Made by a program: the position numbers and the translations under genes | The notes under the pieces: generated by a model | Seen by the model: the letters and a program-made list of their open reading frames with translations, nothing else | What the model was told of the DNA's origin: nothing | Databases searched by the model: none | In this document: piece by piece, positions 37,880-52,070 of the stretch | Numbering within the stretch: position 1 is the first letter of the stretch | Layout: each line of letters starts with the position of its first letter | Assembly: GCA_003971905.1 (NCBI GenBank) | Contig: RSEE01000039.1 | Span: 434,001-498,000, forward strand | Direction of reading: 5' to 3' | From: Moniliella sp. 'wahieum' | Lineage: Eukaryota | Length of the DNA stretch: 64,000 nucleotides

Positions 37880-40038
37880 ATGACGGGCAAGCGCAGGCAG
37901 ACCTGGGCCGCCCAGCGCCAGCCTCGGTCGTCGCCCAAGACAGTGCACACGTACCCTGGTGCGAATGGCCATGCGCGCGTCGAGTACGTGTTCACGGCTC
38001 CTGCTGGCACTCGTCCACTGACTGGCTCGATCCCAGACTGTTCACCCCGCCGCAGTCGGTGCCGACGTATATGGGGGGACAGAGGAACGGGGCCGAGGCG
38101 CGCTGCAGGGCCGAGTGGTGTATGCGCCCAAGAACGGGGAGAAAGTATCGCACATCACGGTCAAAGTCAAGTGTGTTGTCCTGATCCGGGTGCCGACCAA
38201 CAACGCCCAAGCATCCGGCCCCAGTGCCCTGTCAGGACGTAGTCCCGCCTTCGAAAAGGTGGCAGAGAAGGAACTCTCTCTGCTTCAGCTCGAGCACCTC
38301 GTCTATACCCCCAAGAAAGATCAGGAAGGCAAACCCTTCCATCCGGTTGCGGCCGTCAGTCATCTCCCTCACGCCGAGGTGCTCGACGATGGATCGGCCG
38401 CATTTGGATTTAAGGTGGAACTGCCTAGAAACGATAAGGAGGGTGTGCCTCTCCCTGCCTCCTTTGTCTTTGCGGCAACGGGGGATCTTGCCCACCCCCC
38501 CGTCGTCGACCGGAAGAATCGAGAAGGTACCTTTTCCGCTAAAGAAACGACCGCCCAGGCCTGACAAGCGATCCTGTCCCCGATCGGCACCACTGGGCCA
38601 GCGTCAAGTGGTACGCGAAAGTGACCATTGCTCATCCCGGGATCTTCCAGAAGAACAATCGGATCCTGATCCCGTTCCAGTTCCTCCCGCCTCCGCCGCA
38701 AGAAATGGAAACGTTGATGGCCAAACGCGCCAAGCTCGGAACCGAGTTGCGTCGGAACATCGCGTTTGCCCAGCTTTCGGAACCGATCTGGACCTGGCAC
38801 TCTGTCTCCATCGGTCCCGACCGCCCCGACCCCAAGAAACGGCGTGGCTTCTTTGCCTGGTTCAGCAAACCCAAGATGATCCCTTCGGCCATCACCCTGG
38901 AGATGCCGCCTCTCCCGGCCTCGTTCCCCATCCATGGCTCCATCCCTTTCACCATTGTGTCGGAACTCAAGCCAGGCGGGACGGGCAGGCGCCATTGGCA
39001 GTTGGGCTCTACCGAACGTTGACCTTGCTGCGCAAAAAGGACAGCCAAGCAACCGAGGAGAGTCTGCTGGCGCCTGCTCGGATCGCTGCTTCGCCCACTG
39101 TGGTCTCCGGACCGCACGGAACCAGGTACCGTTGGGACGGGGTGGTGGACCTGCCCGCTACAGCGGGGCCGACGCTCCAAACCAAGCTGCTCCGGTTGAG
39201 CTATTACCTAGGTGTCGTCCAGCTAGACGCCCCGCCTCGCGCTGTCAAGCCAAACAAACCGCCCCCCGCAACCACGCGTGCTTGCCTGGACCCAACCTCG
39301 TTGGCGCATACCATCCCCCTCAAGCTCTTCTGTCCCCCGCCTCGGACTGTGCCGGATGTCCGCACGGTGGCAGCACCTCGCTCGGCTCACCACCCGCCCC
39401 CTCGCCGCGTCACTCTCCCCATGCCCAAGAAGCCAGTTAAAGGCACAGCGCCCGCGCCAGCGCCAGCGCCAGCGGCACCGGAAAAATCACAGCCAACCGG
39501 GAGCCGTCCTGCCGTCGGGACAATCCCTTGTCAGACAGCACTGTCATCACCCCCCGCTTTGGAACCTGCGCCTACGCCTGCACCTGCACCTACGCCTGCA
39601 CCTGCGCCTGCGCCTGTACCTGTGCCTACGCCTGCACCTGCGCCTGCACCTGCGCCTGCACCTGCGCCTGCACCTGCTTCTGCTTCTCACATTCCTGCCG
39701 CGTCGGTTGCCGCTTCCGTTGACGAAGCAACCGAAGCTGCGCCTTTCTTTCCTTCTGAGAAACGACGAAGCACTGCGCCCTCAGCCACGGTAGCAAGCGA
39801 AAGAGCTTCATCGTCCTGGACGGGCACCGCTCCGGACGGCTCTCCCTTTGCCAGCACGGTTCCGCCCGCTCGTGCTGAACCGAGCAGGGAGCCCGTGGCG
39901 GACGAAGCGGTGTTGTACGCCTCGCTGCCTTCTACCGCGCCACTGGAACAGATGGAAGCGATGGAGGAGGACCTGGACTTGGACCTGCCGCCGTCGTATT
40001 TTGAGGCGATGGGCATCCGGGACGAAGACGATGGCTGA
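37880..40038 (+). CDS. Arrestin-like adaptor with (PA)n linker and C-terminal PPxY motif
   Basis: Beta-rich segments HITVKVKCVVLI, FGFKVELP...PLPASF, WYAKVTIAHPGIFQKNNRILIPFQFLPP and PTLQTKLLRLSYYLGV; terminal LPPSY. Confidence 0.65.
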
Positions 40039-40689
40039 GCTCAGCAGACGGCACGAGGCGCATGCGGTTGCCCGCGGACGCGACTGCACGCACCCCCATA
40101 TGTGGTCCCGCCGAGTGCATGGCCAGGCGCACAAGACGAGATAGCACAGCGGTCAGCCGATTGGGCTGGAAGGGGTTTGGAGTGGGCATTATAGGTGCGC
40201 CTGGGCCGATGTGGGGGTGGGGGGCTCATCTTTGTTGTAGTGGCGGGGAGGCAGCTGGCTGGGCGCTGGGGCGCTGCGGCGCTGAGGGAATCCAATCCAT
40301 CTGTCCGCGCTGGGACGCTGGGCCGTCGCACGCCTGACACCAATGACGCGGGCAGCACACTGCGCCTGCGCCTGCACGGCGTTGCTCAGTGGAGAGGCTG
40401 GTGGCTGGCGCAGTGCTGGGGTGCAGAGCTAGCACAGCACAGCACAGCACAGTGGGGTGATGCCATGCAGCAGCGCGGGCGCAGGTGACGTCATGCCGCG
40501 GAGGGCGCGGGGGCGGGGGCAGCCAGGCTGCGCACGGGGCAGGCAGCTGCAGGCGCATCCCGCGCATCCAGCACGCGCGACAGCGGTGTGGTGCCTGCCG
40601 TCCTGCTGGGCCTGCAAGGCCAGTGCAGCCGCTGATCCTGGCTCTGCTCCTCCACCACCTCCTCTCCTCTCCCTCCCCCCCCACTGGCC

Positions 40690-41746
40690 ATGACCATCCT
40701 CAATGTCCACCCTGGGCCCCTGGCGCCCTTTGCCCTGCGTCTGCGCAGCGACGACACCCTGCCCGGCCTCCACGCCCGCGCCGCCAAGAAGGCCCATGTG
40801 CCAGTCGACGGCGCGTCCATCCGCTACGCCTGGCACGGCGAGCAGTTCACCCTCGACGACGACGATGACTGGGACATCTTTGTTGGGCGCGTCAAGCAGC
40901 TCACCGAGGAGTCCGTCTTCCTCGACAGCCCTGCGCTGCCCCAGGCCAGGGAGCCCCTCAACCGACTCGGCGCCCCGCCGGCTGGCACGCCGCAAACCGT
41001 GCGCGATGGCCCGGGAGCCCGCGAGGCCGTCACGCCTGCCCCGGCCGCTTCGACGCGCGGAGGCGCCGACAAGGTCTCGGTCCAGCGCCTCGAGTCGGTG
41101 CACGCCAAGGCCACTGATACCCAGACGCTGGCTGCGTCCCACTTGACCACTGGGCGCGACAGCATTTTGTACCCTGCCGCCCCGACGCCACCCCCCGCCT
41201 GGCTGGGCGCCCGGCCCGACGCCCGAACCTCACCTGCGCAACGCGGCCGCCGAACGCATGTCGATGCGCAGCAAGAAAACCCCGACGGAAGACGGCACGT
41301 TCCCCCCCCCCGCGCACAAGCTGGCCTTTCAGCAGTTCCACAGCCAACTTGGCGTCCGTCTCTTGCGCGGCAGCCTGGGCCCCGTGCACGATGTACCGAT
41401 GATGCTCAAGGAGGGCTACCGCCACGTCTATGTCAGTCGCAGCTTTGCTCTGGCTCACGGCTTTATCCCCAAGGACACCACCCCAGGCACGTATGGCTAC
41501 AATGGCATTACCAACCTGGGCAAGTGGCCGGTGCAGGTGGGCTCGCGGGCGGTGCCGTGCACCGTGATGTTGTGTGAAGACTCGTATTTCCCTGTCATCC
41601 TCGGCCGCTCGTTTATGGAGAAGCGCGGGGTCCGGACCGACCAAGTGGACCAGACGTCAATTACGTTTATGGACACGGGTGAGCGGGCGGACGTGGAGGT
41701 GGTGGTGGTGCGGGATGAACACCATGAGCCGGTGGTGATCACCTAG
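40690..41746 (+). CDS. Protein with an N-terminal PB1/ubiquitin-like domain and a C-terminal retropepsin-like (aspartic protease fold) domain lacking the catalytic Asp
   Basis: SIRYAWHGEQFTLDDDDDWDIF (PB1 acidic OPCA-like). C-terminal VPMMLKEGYRHVYVSRSFA...VILGRSFMEKRG. One frameshift between the parts. Confidence 0.6.
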
Positions 41747-42139
41747 TGCAGTCCCTTTTCTTGGCTCAAAGGCGATGATCAATTCGCTTGTTTCTTTTCC
41801 CGCCCCCCCTGCCGGGGTGGGCCCGGTTGATATCCATCCCCCTCTCTCTCACACACGGTGCCTCGAGGCCCTGTCGCTGTCTGTTCTCCGCGGGTTCTGT
41901 CAGGAGCCCCTCTTCCCCCCTCCCCCACCCCCTTGCTACGCTCGCTTCTTGCTCTTTTTGATTGGTCCTGTTGGATTCCTCCGCCTCCCCCTTTCCGTAT
42001 TCCTTTGTAGTTTGTGCTCGAATCGACTTGTATCGACTGGACGAGGGGCCGGGATGAGGCTACAGAGCGCAGCGAGGGCGGGTGGATATTGCCACGTCGT
42101 AGACCGATCCGAACTCACTCAGTTGCTCCACCGCCAACG

Positions 42140-42886
42140 TCATCGAATCCCTTCGCAGTGGGATTCTTGGTGTCTGTGTCAACAACAATGCCACACACGG
42201 GGTCAGTCAGTAGCCTGGACGGCCAAGCCAGCAAGCGACACCAACGCACCTCCTCAAACACTCGAGGCCACACACGGGGTCCCCACATAATGTGCACGTT
42301 GCGTCGCCCCAGTAGGCGCACATGGCGCAAAGGGGTGCGGCGGCTCTGCGGATCGGACGGGCAGGCAAGCTGGTGGGCGCCGGGGTCGGGGGCAAGGAGG
42401 CGGCCCAGTACGCGCGGCCTTGGAACGTGGTCCGGTTCTCCTCCAGTACCGACAAGACGGATTTGCGATAGAGCAGCAGTTGCCGCACACGGTGGCTTTG
42501 TCTGCGCGCTGCCGCACTCGTTGCCGGCGGCACGCCCAGCGCCGACGGCAGCGCCCCGGGTCTCTCTCGCGATCGCGATCGCGGTCTCGGTCCCGGTCCC
42601 GGTCCTTGTCCTGCTGCTCCAGGGCTTCGTCAGGGCGAGGCGGGTGGGGAATGACAGGCCGGGCCTCCCTGACATCGGTACGCTCCAGCTCCTCTCTTCG
42701 GCGCCAGACACGACGCTGGCGCGCGACGTCCCAGCGGTGCAGGAAGGCGTCGCGCGCCTCGATGGCGGCCGCGGTAGGACCGTGGGTGGGCCGGCTGCCT
42801 GTCTCGACGCGGACCGCACGTTGTTTGCGCGCGGGAGGCTGCGCTTCCGCAAGACGCGAGCGGTGGCGCGGCGGCGCCTTGGCCAT
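42140..42886 (-). CDS. VPS71: HIT-type zinc finger protein, SWR1 complex subunit Vps71/Swc6/ZNHIT1-like (intron about 42174-42249)
   Basis: RVRQLLLYRKSV and CAMCAYWGDATCTLCGDPVCGLECLR|HQESHC* after splicing, giving a complete zf-HIT; N-terminal RRREELERTD. Confidence 0.8.
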
Positions 42887-43154
42887 GATCAGCGCAGACG
42901 CAGCCTACCGCAGCGAGATGGCGATGGCCAGCGTAGGCAAACGGGCGTCGGTGCCGGTCGTGGTGGCAAAAGCCAGAGCGCGCTGCCTGCGTGCGTCGCT
43001 GAAACCCACGTTCCGGTTTATGCACGTCACGTGCCATGCGTTCACCCGTCACCGTCACCGCACGGATTTGGGCCAGCAGACGAGGAGATCTGGAAACAGC
43101 CGCGTCAATCAGGCCGTCTGCCTTGCTGGCCCACCACCACCACCACCCCTTGCG

Positions 43155-45913
43155 ATGGAAAGTGGCAACCTGCTTTCCCTGCCGCTCAGACCTCCCCGGA
43201 AAGCGGGGACGGACGGTGGCGAGCGCTGCGCACCTGGATCTCCGAGCACAGCGGAAGTCATCCAGACGACTACGGCGGACCTGGCTCGATTGGCCCAGCT
43301 CCGGAACCAGGTCGCTCGCTCTGACGCTGGGCCCGAGGCAGTGGAGGATGCACTGGCTTACCAGGCCCAGCTTGCTTTTCTTGCCACTCGGTTTCCTGAT
43401 AACGTGTGTCCCCCTCCCCCCCTACCGGTTGCTGCGCCCCAGCTGCGATCGCGGTCGCTAACAGATCCGGATGGATGCTAGGTTGGTCATGCGTTTGTCT
43501 GGAGTGTGTCCTTCCCCTCGCACACCACCACCTTCTCTCTCCCAGGCGGTGTGCGCCCATCTCCTACTGGCACGTACGAGTCCCGAGCGGAGCATCGAAT
43601 AGGGGGGGAACGCGCTTCTTGCGCGAGCAGTGTGCATCGTTGGGGGTCACGAAGCGCGGCGGGACAAGGCGTCACTGAAGCGTTGTGTTGCCCACTTTCA
43701 AACTGCGGCTGGGGTACTGCACCATGTTCGTGTGGTGGCGCGCCGCCGCTAGCACCGAGCCAGGCCACCGACCTGGCCACAGCGCAGAGTCCCGGGCAGG
43801 ACTTTGCGCCAGCACTGTTGGAAGGGGAAGAAGTGTTGATGCTGGCGCAGGCGCAAGAATGTTTTGGCAACAAGCTGTCATGGACGGCTTGCGCAACGTG
43901 ACGATTGCCAAGTTGGCCGCGCGGTGGCTCAGCTGTACGATTCGGCCTGGAGCATAGCCAGCGATCCCCAGGCAGCCGCGGCGATGCCGGGGTACTTCCA
44001 GCCCCCTTGCTCGCCCATTTGCGAGTCAAGTCGCTCCACTTTCGCGCTGCGTCGCAGTACCGCAAATCCAAGGACGACCTCGAGGCAAGCCGGTACGGCG
44101 ACGAACTTGGCGCCGTCTGCAGCTCGCGTGGAAGTATGTGGAGCAAGCGCAGCGCGAGGTGAGCCGAACACGAGGACCGGTCGGCACGGTGATTGCGTCG
44201 GACCTTAGCTCGATGGCCAAGGCATTGAAAGCGGATCTGGCGCGGTCCGAGCGGGACAATGAGCTGATCTACGTGCAGCATGCCACGGGCGAATCTGCCC
44301 TTCCCCTATCGAGGCGGCCATCATGGTGCGCGCCGTCGTGCCCGAGGCGGTGCGGGCGCCTCTGCACGCCTTGGGAAGCACCCCGCTTTTTGTGCACCTC
44401 GCGCCCGCTGGGGTGGAGCAGGCGGTAGAGGTATACTACGACCGTGTGCGGGGGGTCCTCAATGGCCTGGACCGCAAGGCCGCCGGGCTGGATGCGCACG
44501 CGACGCAAGCGCTTACCGAACTCAACCTCCCCGCTTCGCTCGATGCGTTGGACGAGTCGGCGGCCGAGCCGATTTCGTCCGTCCCGGCCACCTTGGTTCG
44601 GGCCGCGGCCGACGCGCATGCCCAGGGTGGAGGGGAGGCGCTGTTGCAAGCGGCGCAGGATGTGGATCGGATGACAGAGACCGACAGCCGCGTACTGGAG
44701 GAGAGTGCCAACTTGCTCAAAGCTGCGCTGGAGCGTGTGCCGGGGATGGGGCTGGATGCCGAGGCCGAGGCCGATGCTCAGCTGGCACACGAACTGCTAG
44801 AGCAGTGCTACGCGTTTGAATCCGCGCTGACCCAAGCGGCCACAAGCGATGCGCTCGTCCGAACCAAATTGGAGGAATGGCAGCCGCTGCTCTCTGTCCT
44901 GCTGGGCGGGGAGCCGACGATGGCCGACTATCTTCCTGCGCCGCCGGTGCCCTGGGGTGGTGGAGGGTCACCGCAGAGAACTGGCGCGCAGTTGCGAGGT
45001 CTGCTGGAGGATGTGGATGAGATGGCGGAGGCACGGGCGAAGGTGGTGCGGGACGCGCATACGCGCACCTCGACGGCGCCTCGGACGGGCCATGGATCGT
45101 TCCGGGCGCTTGCCCTGGCTGAGGCAGCCAAGATCCAGGCCTCGCACGGCTCCCAGCCGCACACGGAGCCGGAGGTGGACGGTGACCGGGTGGACCCGGC
45201 ACAGCTGGAGCCGTTGATCCAGGCACAGGTGGAGCTCAAGCTGGGCTCGTATCAGGCGGCGCTGGAGCAGGCGGGCCAGGCGCTGGAGGCCAAGCTGCGT
45301 GCGATCGAGGTAGTGTTATGTTTTTTGTCTTCTTTTCTGATGCTGACACTTGTTGGTTAGGATGTGCATGCTGCGTTTGCCGAGACGATGCCCGAGGAGG
45401 AGGAGGTGCTCAGTGAGCGCGAAGTGGCGCTGCGCCAGCTCCATACCGCCGCGGCCAAGTACCGCGAGCTGAGCGCCAACCTGGCCGAGGGCCTACACTT
45501 CTACTCCGAGATGGGACAGTCGCTTGCTGCGCTCCACAACCAAGCCCAGCAGCTCCATGCTGCCCATCTGGCGCGTCAGCACGCCTACCTCCAAGCGGTC
45601 CAGAGTGAGGAGGCGGCCCAAGCGCACGCCGCCGATCCCCAGCCCCCAGCCCCGGCTTCCCGGTCCGATGCCAGGGCCGGGCCGAAGCCCAGGCGTATGC
45701 GCAGGCCCAGGCCGAGGCGCAGGCCCAGGCGGCATTGGAGGAACACATGCACCAGCGCCACCTGCAGCAACAGCCACCGCCACCGCTACCGCCACCGCCA
45801 CAGCCACAGCCCCACACCACCACCAGCAGTCTGCGCCCGCTCAGCCGCAGCCAGCACCGCCGGGGCCCAAGCGCTGGGGCGTGGTCGGGGGGTCGATCCA
45901 GTTTGGCGACTGA
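43155..45913 (+). CDS. BRO1/ALIX-V domain protein, pH-signalling PalA/Rim20-like; many frameshifts
   Basis: NLLSLPLR, YQAQLAFLATRFP, LMLAQAQECF(W)Q, DLARSERDNELIY, LTELNLPASLDAL, KYRELSANLAEGLHFY and C-terminal GGSIQFGD*. Confidence 0.88.
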
Positions 45914-46298
45914 GGGCGGCAGGGGGGTTCGCACTGTCCAGCGTTCATTCAGCGGCCTCGGCAAGTATCTGATCGGGGTGGAGGAGAGCGAGGCGTGTGG
46001 GTGGTAGGCGAGGGGGCCAAAGTGCATGTTGAAACGCAGCGAGTGGAGTGTGGTAGGCACGGCACAGCAGTAGGGTTGGCGCCGTTTGCACCGAGTGGTG
46101 GTGTGGTCATCTGGTCTGTCGTGTGGCCTGCGTTCCGCCGCGGCAAAAAAACGCCAGTGGGGGCGGCCGGCACAGTGCCCCCTGCGGCGGGCGTGGCAGC
46201 GCAGAGCCGCGCGGAACAGCGCAGAGCACAGACGAGCCGCACAGACGCCGAAAAAAACCCGGCAAAAAAATCCCCAAGTCACGCAGCCACAACACTCG

Positions 46299-46305
46299 TA
46301 TATAA
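46299..46305 (+). promoter_or_regulatory. Candidate TATA box of IMPDH
   Basis: TATATAA about 140 nt upstream of the ATG in a GC-rich context. Confidence 0.45.
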
Positions 46306-46441
46306 GCCAGCCCCCCTCGCCTCGGCCAGCGCCGTCTTCCTGGCACCCTCCTGCCCCCAGCTGCCCTCGCCCTCAGCTGGTCCTGTTGTACTCTACCCTC
46401 GACCCATCCCCAGCACCACCACCACCACCCGCATCCACGCC

Positions 46442-48269
<1,828 letters not shown>

Positions 48270-48793
48270 TTCTCTTCTCGGCAATTTGACCGTGCAGTGG
48301 CTCCACGGTTAGGCGCTTCTGGGTTAACATGTTAACATCGACTGGGGCAGAGTGCCCCTTTCTGGCGCGCAAATTGGCATGGATTTCTGAGCTTTCCCTC
48401 CCCCTTTACCCCCCTCTCAACACCTAGTGTCTCTGCAAAGTCATTCATGGCGTTCATGTTCGGCTGGACATGTACCAATACACTCTTCAACCAAGCCGTC
48501 CTTGTTTGTTTACGTAGCAACAGTTTGATGTCGTTTTATATAGACCGCTTGTGGCTGGAAGCGGGATCGTCTTGCCAGGCCGCAACTCAGTTGTCGTTCC
48601 CTTTTTGCTATTCTTTTGCTCCACTGCCCCCCTGTCCCGTCCTGCCTTCTACTATCACAGACTGTGTCAAAGCTCGGCGACTCTATCCTACCGAATGCAT
48701 TCCACATATACGCAGCCATCCAGCCAGCAGAACAGCACCAACACACCAGTAGGGCCCAAGGGGATCGTGCCCCGCAGCCGCCTGCTGGGCACT

Positions 48794-51523
48794 TTACTTG
48801 ACCTGCGCCTTGACGCTGTCCTCCTTCAGCCCCACGATCCGGTTCAGCACAATCTTGGTCGTCGTGGCCTCCTCGGCCGACAAGCCCTTCTGCGCCACCG
48901 CAGCCAGGTCGGCGGGCAGGACCGCTTCGCGGTCAATGGTAAAGTAGCCGATCCGCATCGCCTGGAAGCGCACCACCTCCTTACCCACCAACTGGTCCGG
49001 GCTGGGCGCCGGCGCCCCGCGTCCAGCCCCGGGCGGCAACAGCTCCAACAGCCCGGTTTGTTTGCGCGCCTCCTCGGCCAGCGCGGTGGCCTCCTTTGTC
49101 CGTTCCGCCGCGTGGGTGCGTGCGGCGGCCATGGCGCGGGCAGCGACGGTCCAAAAGGCGCGCTCGATCAGCGCATCCTTGTATACCTTCTTGGAGTCTT
49201 GGTTGACGCTGGCGAGCAGGTCCGGCTCGCCACCCGGGTTGGAGGAGGTGAAGAGGCGAGAGAAGATGCGCGTCTCGGCGATGCGCACGCCTCGCCTGGC
49301 ACGCCACTGACCCACTGCACAAATGCCTTGGGCTTCTTGCCGCTCTTGTCAAACTTGGCATACACCACCGACGGCTTGCCGCTCGCGTCGGTTTCGTACC
49401 GCTCTGCCGTGATGGGGTAGGGCGCATTGAGGATGCCCACCGTCTTGCCCGGAGCAAGACGGAAGTAACCGGGCGAATCTTCGGTGCGGAAATCCGACGC
49501 ATCAATGTACAGTGTCTTGCCCACCACTGCCTTTGCCTGGCCCATGGCCGGGACCTTGGGGTGCAGGGGCTTGGTCACCTCGCAGGTCCAGTCGTCGGGC
49601 AACTCATCGTCGACAACCACCACCTTGAGCGGCTCCAACACCAGCATCAACCGCGGTACCACCGCCTCCAAGTGCGCCCGCACCGCCCACTCGAACCGGT
49701 CAATCGTCACGAGCGCAGGCGAGGTACTGACACCGAGGCCCGACACAAACTCGAGCAACGCCTCGGGCGGTACACCACGGCGACGCAGCGCAATGACCGT
49801 GTAGAGCCGAGGATCGTCCCAATCGGTCACCAGCCCGGACTGGATGAGCTTGTTGAGCTTGCGCTTCGACGTCAGCGTGCCCTCGAGCGAGAGACGGCCA
49901 AACTCATACTGACGTGGCTTGTACACGTCCACTGCGTCGCACAGCCACTCGTAGCTCTCGCGCGCGAGTTGGAACTCGGTGGTGCAAAGCGAGTGGGAGA
50001 TGTTCTCAAAGGAATCGACGAGACAGTGGGTAAAGTCATAGGTAGGGTAGATGCACCACTTGGACCCGGTACGGTGGTGCGGCGCGGCCAAGACACGGTG
50101 CGACCAGATCCCACATCTGCGGGTTGCCGTTGCCGAGAATGTCCTGCTTCATGCGCAACGTGGCCTCGCCAGGCTTGTACCCGCCCTCCTTCATCTTGGC
50201 AAACTCGGCCAGGTTCTCCTCGATTGGGCGGTTGCGCCACTTGGACTCGTGCCGGGGGCCCTTGGCCTCGCCACCGCGTTCGGCTTTGATTTCCTCCCCC
50301 GTGGAATGGTCAACGTAGGCGCCGCCGCGCTTGATCAGGTCGACGGCCAAGTCGTAGAGCCGCTGGAAGTAGTCGGACGAGTAGGTCACCGTAAATGGCT
50401 CAAACCCAAGCCAGCGCACGTTTTCCAATCGAACGGAAGTACACTTCCTCCTCGGCTTCGGGTTGGTATCGTCGTAGCGAAGGTAGTGAGACCCTTGTGC
50501 ACCCGAGCATAGCCAAAGTCGATCGAAATCGCCTTGACATGCCCAATGTGGAGAAACCCATTGGGCTCGGGGGGAAACGGGTCACCACGTGGCCACCGGT
50601 AGCACGGAGGTGCTGTTCTTTGAGCTCCTTGTGCGTCTGCGGGTTGCCCCCCGGCTGGTGCAGCCGAGAAAGGAACCCCGTCTCAAACATGGCCTCGGGC
50701 CGAGCCAGCGCACCAGCCTCCACTTGTTCGCCCCCGGCCGCGGCGGCGGTACTGTTGTGGGCATGGGCGTTGGCGGCGGACGCCTTGGACTTGCGGTCGT
50801 CGTTCTTGGCGCCTCTCGTGCCGCTTTCTCCGCCGCGCGCACCTTGTTTATCGCCTCGGTACGGTCGCCATACTGCGCCGTCAACACGCCTTCCACTTGC
50901 TTCTTAATGTCGAGGGGGCAGCCCAGCGGAGCGAGGGAAGCCCCCTAAGGAAGGCCATCATCGCACCTTGCTTCCCCACCCGAACGCAGCATCCAACTCT
51001 GCCTTGTGCGTGTCGACATAGCTGCTGACCTCCGTCTTGACCTGCTCAGGGGTCACCACCACGCCTGGTCACAAAGCCGTCAGCAACAGGCCCGAGGGTA
51101 AGCAGGCAAAAGTCCGTAACAAAAAGGTCAAGGGGGGGGGGGGGATAGGAACATACCGACCCCGGCTGCCTGGTCAAAGGCCTTGCTGTCCACCTCGCCG
51201 GCAGGCTTGCCCTGGAGGAAGGCGGCGGCGGCGTTGACCTGGTCGTTGGACTTGAGCGAGCCATCGAGGGCGCGGCGGGCAATGTAGGTGCGCTGGTCGG
51301 CGTCGAGTTTGAGTGGGCTGGTGGCGGCGGTAACCAGGAGGGTGGCAACCTTGGGCTCGACGGGGCCGGAGGCAGCAGTCTGGAGCAGGTGCTGGAGCAG
51401 GCGGGCCGCGTCGGGCTTCTTGAGCACGTCCTTGGCCTTGGCGCCAGAGAGGGAGAGACGCTCGGCAAAAAGAGCGCTGAGCGCGTCCGTCTCGTCGGGC
51501 GTGAGCGCGGCGGGCTTGGACAT
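48794..51523 (-). CDS. GLN4: Glutaminyl-tRNA synthetase (intron about 51066-51156, frameshifts)
   Basis: [74 protein letters not shown] and [10 protein letters not shown]. Confidence 0.97.
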
Positions 51524-52070
51524 GGTGTTGGTGGTGGTAGTGGTGGTGGTGGTGGCGGTGGGGTCGGGGGGGGACGAGACAAAGGGGCAGGTAGGGGACA
51601 CGCGCGTGAGTCAGAAGTCGGGGCAGCTGGTATCAGTACTGGGTTGGAAAAAAGAGCAGCACGTGGAAGCTCCGCGCATTCCGCCCTGGCGTTGAACATT
51701 GCAAGCCCACTGATAGTGAGGCGGCGCCCCCGCCACGCTCACGCGGTGCGTTACGTCAGACACTGCGCCCGTGCGGGGTGGATCCAGCCGGCGGGGGGCG
51801 GCAGGGCGGCAGGGCGGCAGGGGGCAGAGCAGCACGAGAGCTGAGCTCAGCAGCACGGCACGGGGCCAGGCACAGGCACGCTGCTTACGCAAGCGGCCCA
51901 GCCTGCCAGCATTGAGCCGGGGGGCTTTGTTCTTGTTCCCAGGCCGTGTCGCGGCCAGCCCGCCTGCACCGCTCCCACCACCACCCCACCCACCACCACT
52001 CCACCGCCATCACCACTCTCGCCGCCACTCCGCTCCTGCTGCCGCTGCCCCCACCCCCACCCACCCCGCC

